DNA of 32,000 bases from the NCBI GenBank assembly GCA_003568775.1, contig MWMI01000005.1, forward strand, positions 1 through 32,000, read 5' to 3'. Position numbers and translations under genes: made by a program. Shown here piece after piece: positions 17,900 to 25,626 of this stretch; position 1 is the stretch's first letter; the number at the start of each line of letters is the position of its first letter. The notes under the pieces are model-generated. The model saw nothing but the letters and a program-made list of their open reading frames with translations. It made no database searches and had not been told where the DNA came from. Source of the DNA: Candidatus Nanoclepta minutus. GTDB taxonomy: Archaea; Nanobdellota; Nanobdellia; Nanobdellales; Nanobdellaceae.

Positions 17900-18037
17900 A
17901 AATATCTTATATAAAAGATAGTATTATAAAATTAACTGAGATATTACTTCTATAATATATAAAAGATAGTCCCTTTTAAACTTCATAAATATCTTATATA
18001 AAAGATAGTATTATAAAATTAACTGAGATATTACTTC
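17864..18037. repeat. perfect 87-bp tandem direct duplication (2 copies: 17864-17950 and 17951-18037)
   Basis: The two copies were compared base by base and are identical. Each unit contains the last 9 codons and stop of valS, the 24-nt valS-RCC1 spacer, and the first 12 codons of the RCC1 gene. Confidence 0.95.
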
Positions 18038-20275
18038 CCTAAAACTCGTTTCTATAATGCTTTCCTTTTTTTCTTCATCCCTAAAGATTTCCCTATATAT
18101 TTTTTCAGTAATATATGGAAATGCTGGATGCAAAAATGATATAATAACTCTTAATATATATTTTAATGTCCACAAAGCTTTAATATCTTTATTTCTTACT
18201 CTTTCTTTAACTTTCTCTAAATATCCGTTTGCAAAATCTTCCCAAACAAACTTCCTCCATAACTTTAGATAATCCTGGAATCTATATTCCTTCGTTAGTT
18301 CAAAAGACTTATTAACAACTTCTTTTAAATTGTTTAATATTTCAATATCTTCTTTCTCCAATTCTTTAGGTTTATCTTTAATCTTAACTTCACTGCAGTT
18401 TAGATAAATATATCTGGCTATATTCCATAACTTTATCATAAAAGCTTGCCCTGTTTCAACATCCTTCCAAGTAAACCTATAATCGTCTCCATGAGATGCC
18501 ATTAAAGCCCAATACCTTAATGCATCTGGAGAATACTTGTCCATTACTTCATTTGGATCAACTGCATTACCCAAAGATTTACTCATCTTCCTACCATCCT
18601 CAGCCAACACCATTCCGTTTATCAGGGCTTCCTTCCAGGGTAGCTTACCTGTTAATAACTTTACTCTAACCAACGTGTCATACAACCATGTCCTAATTAT
18701 TTCATAACCTTGTTGTCTTAGATCAACCGGTAAATACTTTACTGCTTCTTCAAAATACGGTTCTATATCTTTTACATCTTCCAATCCTTCTGTTAATGCA
18801 TAATAGATTATTGCAATGGGTGTTATAGAAGATTCTACCCAAACATCAACTACTTCATCCTCAAAGAACTCAACATTTCCATATTTTTTTCTATATTTCT
18901 CAATTTTATCCTTATCTCTTCTTGGATCAAATGGTAAATCCTCTATTTCTATAGGATATATTTTTCCATCTTTCTTAAAAAACGGAAAGGCTAAACCCCA
19001 AATCAATTTTGATCTAGAAATATTCCAATCTTGATCCATAGATTCTATCCAACTGATTAACCTATTTCTCATTTCTTCTGGATAAAACTTTATATCTTTC
19101 TGCCATTCAATCAGCTTTTTCTTTAATTCCAAAGTCTTTATAAAGAACTGCTCTTTTGGAATTAACTCTAATGTCGATAAACAATCTTGTCTTTCTGTAT
19201 GAGATAAAACATTATGCTTTATTTTTTCTACTCTATATAGATAATCCTTTAACAAATCCAAAACCTTTCTTCTAGCTTCCTCAACAGTTAAACCATTTAA
19301 TTCCTCTAAACTATTTATTATTCTTCCTTCATCGCTTATACAAATTATTTCTGGTAAGTTATATCTTTCTTTCCACTTAACATCAGTGAAATCTCCATAA
19401 GTACAAACCCAAACTATTCCTGTGCCAAAGTTATAATCTACATCCTCATCAACGTATATCTTTACTCTTCTATTTATTAAAGGAATTTCTACTTCCTTTC
19501 CATTTAGCTCCTCAGGCTTAATTATTCTCTTTATTTTTAGGTTATTCTTTTCTGCAAAAACCTTTGAAACTATCAATCCATCTTCTGTTTCAACATATTC
19601 ATTATTAGCTATCAACACACCCACACATGAAGAAATCATTTCTGGTCTTGTTGTAGCAATTAAAACAAATTTATCTCCAAACTTTAGTTTTATATAAGCT
19701 AATACTCCTTCTTTTTCAATATATCCGGCTTCTTGCATTGATATTGCAGTTCTACACTTCGGACACCACATAACAGGTTTTTTGCCCCTATATATTAATC
19801 CTTCATTAAACATTTTAATTAAAGTATATTGAACCAGCGCTTCATATTTTTTATCCATTGTCCTATAAACCTTGTAAAGATCAAAGGAGCATCCTAACCT
19901 TAAGAAAGTATTGTACATAGATTCTATACCTTTTAAAGTCCATTCTTTGCAAGCTTCTAAAAACCTTACCCTATCCTCCCTTTTTATCTCTAACTTGTTT
20001 TCAACTTTTCTTTCAGTAGGTAAGCCATGACAATCAAAACCTAATGGAAAATAAACATTATAACCTTCTAATCTCTTAAACCTTGCAATAAAGTCCATCC
20101 AAACAAAACCCAATGCATGACCCATATGTGCTTCTCCAGATGTAAAAGGAGGAGGCGTATCTATAATATACCTTGGTTCTTTAGATATATCAAACCTAAA
20201 CAAATCCTTTCTTTTATTAAACCAGAGATCTCTTATCTCTTTTTCTATAAATTTATAATCAGGTCTTTTATCCAT
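18011..20275 (-). CDS. valS: valyl-tRNA synthetase
   Basis: 754 aa. Motifs: IDTPPPFTSGEAHMGHALGF (HMGH), GFDCHGLPTE, IATTRPEM, GTGIVWVCTYGD (archaeal ValRS-like CP1 motif), and KMSKSLGN. Confidence 0.8.
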   Translation of the reverse strand: MDKRPDYKFIEKEIRDLWFNKRKDLFRFDISKEPRYIIDTPPPFTSGEAHMGHALGFVWMDFIARFKRLEGYNVYFPLGFDCHGLPTERKVENKLEIKREDRVRFLEACKEWTLKGIESMYNTFLRLGCSFDLYKVYRTMDKKYEALVQYTLIKMFNEGLIYRGKKPVMWCPKCRTAISMQEAGYIEKEGVLAYIKLKFGDKFVLIATTRPEMISSCVGVLIANNEYVETEDGLIVSKVFAEKNNLKIKRIIKPEELNGKEVEIPLINRRVKIYVDEDVDYNFGTGIVWVCTYGDFTDVKWKERYNLPEIICISDEGRIINSLEELNGLTVEEARRKVLDLLKDYLYRVEKIKHNVLSHTERQDCLSTLELIPKEQFFIKTLELKKKLIEWQKDIKFYPEEMRNRLISWIESMDQDWNISRSKLIWGLAFPFFKKDGKIYPIEIEDLPFDPRRDKDKIEKYRKKYGNVEFFEDEVVDVWVESSITPIAIIYYALTEGLEDVKDIEPYFEEAVKYLPVDLRQQGYEIIRTWLYDTLVRVKLLTGKLPWKEALINGMVLAEDGRKMSKSLGNAVDPNEVMDKYSPDALRYWALMASHGDDYRFTWKDVETGQAFMIKLWNIARYIYLNCSEVKIKDKPKELEKEDIEILNNLKEVVNKSFELTKEYRFQDYLKLWRKFVWEDFANGYLEKVKERVRNKDIKALWTLKYILRVIISFLHPAFPYITEKIYREIFRDEEKKESIIETSFREVISQLIL

Positions 20276-20396
20276 TTAAGTTATTTTGAATGAAAAGGTT
20301 TATATCATTAAGCTTTTTTCTTTCCATTAGTAATGCATTTAAAATATTTTAATAAATTTTTCATTTACAAAACCTTTTCAAAAAATCATTATTTAC

Positions 20397-20468
20397 TGGG
20401 TCCGCGGGGATTTGAACCCCGGACCTCCGCCTTGTAAGGGCGGCGTCATGCCACTAGACTACGGACCC
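20397..20468 (-). tRNA. tRNA-Val (UAC)
   Basis: Hand-folded from the reverse complement. Acceptor GGGTCCG/CGGACCC. Anticodon stem CCGCC/GGCGG with loop CTTACAA (anticodon TAC). T arm CGGGG-TTCAAAT-CCCCG. Discriminator A. 72 nt, no encoded CCA. Confidence 0.9.
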
Positions 20469-20494
20469 AATATAATTATCAAATACTCCAAAAA

Positions 20495-20884
20495 TTAAAA
20501 AACTATAGAAGACTCGTAGGATATACCTTCTCCTTTATAGGAAATTATCAACTTATCCTCTCTAATTGATCTCCTTAAAAAAATAGTACCTTTATCTGTA
20601 CTAATTCTTAAAGTATAGTATTCAAAAGAGCCCCTTGCTCCCTCTTCAGAAAACCTTTCTATATCTAAAATTTTTACATTTTCCAATTTTAAGACTTCAT
20701 AATCTCCACTCGTACTCTCTATTTTAATAGATAACTTCTCAAAGTACTCTTCACTTTCCACAAATTCTAAAACTATAGAAAAACTTAGTTTGGAACATCT
20801 GGGAAAAATATCTTGATTAAAGTTTCCACCTACATATTTACAAAAGGCTTCAAAGTTTTTTACCAAATCTCTACTATTCCTCAT
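20495..20884 (-). CDS. hypothetical protein
   Basis: 129 aa. Its ATG overlaps the rpoD stop (ATGA). No family was recognised. Confidence 0.5.
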   Translation of the reverse strand: MRNSRDLVKNFEAFCKYVGGNFNQDIFPRCSKLSFSIVLEFVESEEYFEKLSIKIESTSGDYEVLKLENVKILDIERFSEEGARGSFEYYTLRISTDKGTIFLRRSIREDKLIISYKGEGISYESSIVF

Positions 20885-21654
20885 TTCATTAGAAAATCTA
20901 ATAGTTCTTTAAGCATAATTTTTAATTCATATATAGCTAGATTCAATATTCTCTCTGCAGAATAATGTCCATATGATTCTATAACAAAGACGAATTCATC
21001 TCTAGGTATTTCCTCAATTTTATATCTAGCTACAGAATATATAGCATCTAGAAAAGTCCTATCATAGACCTTATCTTTTGCAATCTCAAAATTCTTACCC
21101 CTAAGCCTTACACCTAGTACCTTTAATTTCTCCTTTTCCTCTTCATTCAATTCCTCCTTTAACTTTAGATCAACTAACCTGTAATAATAAACGTGTCCAG
21201 GCTTCCATTTTGCATGTTCCTTCCCCTTTCCAAAAACCGCCTCCATCCTTATTTTTATCGAATGGTTATCACCCAAATATGCAATTATTGTATCCGGATA
21301 AACGGGATAAACTTTCTTGTTCTCAGATCTTATGTCTGAGGCAAATACATATCCCTTACCCTTCTTCTCCAAGTGTAAAACTATCCTTTGATCGTATGAA
21401 AGATCCTCGGGAGTATTTAAAACAACTAGTCCTAATCTATGGGCGATCATCTCATCCCACATTGCAGAAGAGTTCTCCATTATATATACGTCCTCTATTG
21501 CCAGTGTCCTTACCTCCTCTTCAATAGCCCTTCTCAATACGTTTAGAAACTGCGGAGTTACGTCTGAAATCAACAATTTTAATCTATAAGTTTTTTCATT
21601 ACCATCAACAGCAAACTTGTCTCCTTCTTTTTCAATAACTTTAATATCAACCAT
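20881..21654 (-). CDS. rpoD: DNA-directed RNA polymerase subunit D (Rpo3)
   Basis: 257 aa. ..TPQFLNVLRRAIEEEVRTLAIEDVYIMENSSAMWDEMIAHRLGLVVL.. matches the RpoD/Rpb3 dimerisation-domain consensus (NxLRR...P..AI..V.I..N.S...DE.lAHRLGL). Confidence 0.8.
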   Translation of the reverse strand: MVDIKVIEKEGDKFAVDGNEKTYRLKLLISDVTPQFLNVLRRAIEEEVRTLAIEDVYIMENSSAMWDEMIAHRLGLVVLNTPEDLSYDQRIVLHLEKKGKGYVFASDIRSENKKVYPVYPDTIIAYLGDNHSIKIRMEAVFGKGKEHAKWKPGHVYYYRLVDLKLKEELNEEEKEKLKVLGVRLRGKNFEIAKDKVYDRTFLDAIYSVARYKIEEIPRDEFVFVIESYGHYSAERILNLAIYELKIMLKELLDFLMK

Positions 21655-21679
21655 TATTTTAAAAATCCTAAAAACCCTT

Positions 21680-21973
21680 TTAAATATTTAGCTTCTTTCT
21701 TATCTCTGGATCTACTCTATCAATACTCCACCTACCTTCATAATCTATATTGACCTCTGCCTCTAATCTCAATTCCTCCATCTTTTGAACGATTGAAGAA
21801 TAAATAAAGGGTAAAAAAGGACAAAGAGGTGTAGTGGGCAAAAATTTTATATAAACCTTTTTATCTTCAACTTTTATCTCCTCTATTTCTCCAAGAGATA
21901 CTATATCGTAACCTAATTCTGGATCTATTACTTCCTTTAACTTATTTAAAACCTTATCCTCAAGATCCCTCAA
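21680..21973 (-). CDS. DUF59/MIP18-family Fe-S assembly-related protein
   Basis: 97 aa. VLNKLKEVIDPELGYDIVSLGEI...TTPLCPF is the DUF59 signature. The apparent start is a TTG at 21973, with no in-frame ATG nearby. The gene overlaps the upstream gene by 14 nt. Confidence 0.75.
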   Translation of the reverse strand: MRDLEDKVLNKLKEVIDPELGYDIVSLGEIEEIKVEDKKVYIKFLPTTPLCPFLPFIYSSIVQKMEELRLEAEVNIDYEGRWSIDRVDPEIRKKLNI

Positions 21974-22634
21974 CCTTTTTTATCCTCCTAGCAAATTCTA
22001 CCTCAGGCAAGGCTCCTTCCCAGGAATCCAAAACCTTCCCATCCCCTAAAATTGCTATCTTTGGAACTGCATAAACGTTGAATTTCTCGGATAACTCTGG
22101 AAATTCTGTAGCTTCTACTATAATAGTCCTTATATTCTTGTTGACCATAGAAAACATTGAAGATCCATGTGTAGCAATGGGACAATATGGACAAGTTGGT
22201 GTAACAAATATCAGGATATCTAAAGGTCTTGAAACCTCATGGATAACCTTAGCTGCTTCTAAGGGAAGGTGTATATGTTCGGAAGATATATGAAGTATTT
22301 GTTCTAGAAAAACCGGAAACTCTTCTCCAGCAGGTAATCCGTACCATACGATATTCGGATACTTAGAAAAAATAATTATCGGACCCTTTCTATTTCCATA
22401 AGTATCTATTCTCAATTTCTTTTCTTCTAAAACTTTATCAATATCGGATCTAACAAAATTTATTAAAATTTTGTTAGATAAACTTTTTATCTCTGTAAAA
22501 AGCTCTTCGGCAATCTTACTAACCTCCGGATTCTTTTCATAATCTAATATTATTTCTATCTCAACTTCGCTATTTAAATTCTCCTCAAAGATCTTCTTCA
22601 ATGCTTCCTTATCAGAATCGGATAATACTGCCAT
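21960..22634 (-). CDS. protein disulfide oxidoreductase (PDO; glutaredoxin-like two-thioredoxin-fold protein)
   Basis: About 224 aa counted from the ATG at 22634; the ORF track starts one codon earlier at a TTG. GLPAGEEFPVFLEQI and VTPTCPYCP..AVPKI match the PfPDO/TIGR02187-type pattern. Only the C-terminal CPYC site is present. Confidence 0.75.
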   Translation of the reverse strand: MAVLSDSDKEALKKIFEENLNSEVEIEIILDYEKNPEVSKIAEELFTEIKSLSNKILINFVRSDIDKVLEEKKLRIDTYGNRKGPIIIFSKYPNIVWYGLPAGEEFPVFLEQILHISSEHIHLPLEAAKVIHEVSRPLDILIFVTPTCPYCPIATHGSSMFSMVNKNIRTIIVEATEFPELSEKFNVYAVPKIAILGDGKVLDSWEGALPEVEFARRIKKVEGS

Positions 22635-22670
22635 CAACTTTATTACAGTGCAATTTATTTAAACTTACCT

Positions 22671-23636
22671 TTACCACTTGCTCATCTTTATATACATGAA
22701 AGCCGATAAGGCAGCAATAGCCCCCATACCAGCAGCGATTATAACTTGCTTTAGACCACATCCTTTATTAGTTACATCTCCAGCAGCTAAAAGTCCCTCT
22801 ATGTTGGTCTTCATACAATCATCAACAATTATATAGCCATTTTCATCTATATTTACGTTCATTTCTTGAAATAATCCAGATACGGGTATCATACCTATAG
22901 AAACAAACACTCCATCAACTTTTAAAGTTATCTTATCGTTAGTTTTTATATCTTGAACAACAATTTCTTCAACCTTTTCCTTTCCCCTCATTTCAACAAC
23001 AACTTTATTTAATAAAAAATCTATTTTTGGATTTCTCTTAGCTTCTTCAACCAAAATAGGCTCTGCCCTAAATTCCTCCCTCCTATGTATTATATATACC
23101 TTAGAAGCATGTTCAGATAATACTAAAGCATCATGAAATGCTGTACTACCTCCACCAACAACTGCAACTACTTTATTCTTAAATAAAGGAGCATCACATT
23201 CTGCACAATAAGAAACACCAGGTAGATTCTCTCCGGGAACACCTAATTTTCTCCTAGCAGAACCTGTAGCAACAATTACAGCCTTTGAATAAAATTCTCC
23301 ATAACCTCTTGAGATAACCTTAAACTTTTCCCCATTTCTCTCTACCCTTAATACTTCATCTAAGATAGTTTTTACACCAACTTCATCTGCCTGTTCCTTC
23401 AATAATTTTGCTAGCTCGGATCCCCTTATTTTCTTAAAACCTGGGTAGTTTTCTAAAACAGATATTTCATTTAAAAGTCCACCTATATCTTTTGTTATGA
23501 TCAATGTCTTTAATTTATATCTACCACAGTAAATTGCAGCAGTATAACCAGCAGGTCCTCCTCCTATTATTATTACATCCCATTCTTTATCTATTTCCTC
23601 CTTTTTCTGAAACTGTAAGGAAAAAGCTATTGTCAT
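22671..23636 (-). CDS. trxB: thioredoxin reductase-like FAD-dependent pyridine nucleotide-disulfide oxidoreductase
   Basis: 321 aa. Motifs: DVIIIGGGPAGYTAA (FAD GxGxxG), the redox-active site YCAECD, VAVVGGGSTA (second dinucleotide fold), and AAGDV. Confidence 0.85.
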   Translation of the reverse strand: MTIAFSLQFQKKEEIDKEWDVIIIGGGPAGYTAAIYCGRYKLKTLIITKDIGGLLNEISVLENYPGFKKIRGSELAKLLKEQADEVGVKTILDEVLRVERNGEKFKVISRGYGEFYSKAVIVATGSARRKLGVPGENLPGVSYCAECDAPLFKNKVVAVVGGGSTAFHDALVLSEHASKVYIIHRREEFRAEPILVEEAKRNPKIDFLLNKVVVEMRGKEKVEEIVVQDIKTNDKITLKVDGVFVSIGMIPVSGLFQEMNVNIDENGYIIVDDCMKTNIEGLLAAGDVTNKGCGLKQVIIAAGMGAIAALSAFMYIKMSKW

Positions 23637-24721
23637 TCTATTTTAATTAATTCTGAAAGTTTTTTAAGAGTTCTTAACTTCCAATTATCTCCAACCTTAG
23701 CTTCTTTAATCGCATTCTTCAATATTTCTGCTTCTTCCAACATTAAAGCCTTTTTTACATAATAGGGTTTTCCTGCTTTTGTTCCATGAGCAAACGTATA
23801 AATTATCGGATCCCTCCAAGATATCTCAGAACCGTAAATCAGGTTTGCTGTATATACTAAAGCTCTCAATAAGCCAGGTCCAAACCCCTTTAAGAATAAT
23901 ATATCTCTAAAGCTCTCAACAGCTTTATTTATTTCTAAGGCCTTCCAATAGATCTTTTTAGGTATCCTTAAATACTCTGGCAATTCCTGATAAAAAGTTA
24001 ACTTATCTAATTCTTTACCAAAGTATTCTACAACACTCCTATTCTTAATGTTCTGTAACCTTATTATATATGTCTTCAATTCTTTTTCATTTTTTTCATT
24101 TAACATTTCAACAACAGTTTTCCTAGTTTCATCCATTTCTTTAGTAGCTATATTTAATGTTAATCTTTTACTTCCAAATCCTACCTGCGGATCATTAAAA
24201 TAATCGCTAGTGTTTATCCAGTGAAACCTCCTAACTTTTCCTTCTTCTACAGACATCTTCTGATTAATTACAGTAAAGTTCCCCTTCTCATCAGCTAACA
24301 TAAAGTGAAAGTATAGGCTATATCCATCTTGAACTAAATTGTTATCTACTTTTGCAGAAATTATAGAAGCTTCTTTAAATTTTTCCAAATGCTTTATTTC
24401 TTCATGTTTTTCCAATTCCTTAGTTATCTTTGATTCCCTACCCTTACCTCCAAAAGCGTATAAACCTAAATTCTCCTCCCTCAATATCTCCCTCAAAGCC
24501 CTTAGGGGTACGGTAGTCATACCAGAATAGTTCCACTCGAATCCAACTAAACAAGCGTATGAGTTATACCATAGGGGATTTGAAAATCTCTTTATTATTT
24601 CTTCTGTCCCGAATTCGTATTCTAAAACCTTTATTATACTCCTAGTTAATTCTTTAATTTCTTTATAATGAGGGACAGGACCCTTCGCCAATCTTAATTC
24701 TACATCTCCAATCCTCTTCAT
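23633..24721 (-). CDS. DUF763-family protein
   Basis: 362 aa. RFSNPLWYNSYACLVGFEWNYSGMTTVPLRAL and GFGPGLLRALVYTANLIYG...FAHGTKAGKPY match my recollection of the DUF763 consensus (SDPfWFQ..G.DWHSSG.TT ... G.Gp..lRAL ... AHGGKDG.P). The gene has ATGA overlaps at both ends. Confidence 0.65.
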   Translation of the reverse strand: MKRIGDVELRLAKGPVPHYKEIKELTRSIIKVLEYEFGTEEIIKRFSNPLWYNSYACLVGFEWNYSGMTTVPLRALREILREENLGLYAFGGKGRESKITKELEKHEEIKHLEKFKEASIISAKVDNNLVQDGYSLYFHFMLADEKGNFTVINQKMSVEEGKVRRFHWINTSDYFNDPQVGFGSKRLTLNIATKEMDETRKTVVEMLNEKNEKELKTYIIRLQNIKNRSVVEYFGKELDKLTFYQELPEYLRIPKKIYWKALEINKAVESFRDILFLKGFGPGLLRALVYTANLIYGSEISWRDPIIYTFAHGTKAGKPYYVKKALMLEEAEILKNAIKEAKVGDNWKLRTLKKLSELIKIE

Positions 24722-25122
24722 GATATAACCCTAAACCTCACTAGGCCATTTTCGTAATAAACCAACAAAACGTTATTATTTAGCTTAGAAAAGTCTATTT
24801 TTTCATAAACATCACCTAAACCAAAATCATTAAATAAGATATTTCTAACGTTTTGATTATTAATAGTTGCATTTATTTTTATTATATAACAATCTATTCT
24901 ATTGTTTATTTTTCCAAAATTCGACTGAGAATAACACCCATAGATAACTTTTGCTAGATCATAATCAGAAGTTATATTGTAAATCTGTAAACCACCCTGA
25001 TTAACATTTATAGGCAATTCCACCTTCGATTTCTGATAGTAATAACTAATCAAAAATATAATTACAATCGTAACGAAGATTGCTATTACTATTCTAAAGA
25101 AAGTTTCTATAGCTAGCTCCAT
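24718..25122 (-). CDS. pilin-like small protein (class III signal-like N-terminus)
   Basis: 134 aa. The N-terminus MELA|IETFFRIVIAIFVTIVIIFLI is followed by a two-Cys motif with the same 14-residue spacing as in the adjacent gene. Confidence 0.55.
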   Translation of the reverse strand: MELAIETFFRIVIAIFVTIVIIFLISYYYQKSKVELPINVNQGGLQIYNITSDYDLAKVIYGCYSQSNFGKINNRIDCYIIKINATINNQNVRNILFNDFGLGDVYEKIDFSKLNNNVLLVYYENGLVRFRVIS

Positions 25123-25134
25123 TATATAATATTC

Positions 25135-25626
25135 CTACCAAACAATTATATGGCTACCATTATAAGCTACTATCAAAACCTTTGTTTTATTGACTGGACA
25201 AAGATCTGTATTACACGCCCTTATCACAACTAGATCTAATGGAACATCAGAATACTTTTTAACATACTCCTTAACTCTCGTAAAATTTAGGTGTAAAGAA
25301 TAGGTTGATTCGTTAGCTATTTCTATAGAAAAACACGATATATTATTCTTTATTCCCCCTCTATTCGTCCTTACCCAACACCTAGCTATATAAATAGATA
25401 TCGCCTCTTCTGTACTCTCCAAACTATAATTCAAATATGCTTTCTCTAGAGAACTAATATACCTTTTGCATTCATCAGGTATATTTATAAAATATGCTCT
25501 ATACATGTTATAACAATATAGCTTTTCGTTCTGCATCAACATCCAATTATATATTCCCAAAGCTGATAGAAAAACAAAGATACTTATAATAATAGCAAAC
25601 AAAATGTTTATTGCTATTCCCTTCAT
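25135..25626 (-). CDS. pilin-like small protein (class III signal-like N-terminus)
   Basis: 163 aa. The N-terminus MKG|IAINILFAIIISIFVFLSALGIY has a K-G followed by about 22 hydrophobic residues. Its ATG shares 1 nt with the upstream stop (TAATG). Confidence 0.6.
   Translation of the reverse strand: MKGIAINILFAIIISIFVFLSALGIYNWMLMQNEKLYCYNMYRAYFINIPDECKRYISSLEKAYLNYSLESTEEAISIYIARCWVRTNRGGIKNNISCFSIEIANESTYSLHLNFTRVKEYVKKYSDVPLDLVVIRACNTDLCPVNKTKVLIVAYNGSHIIVW

Noticed and set aside
21210-21527. 105-aa ORF antisense to rpoD
   Set aside because: It is embedded in rpoD, and its Pro/Ser/Leu-rich sequence has no recognisable features.
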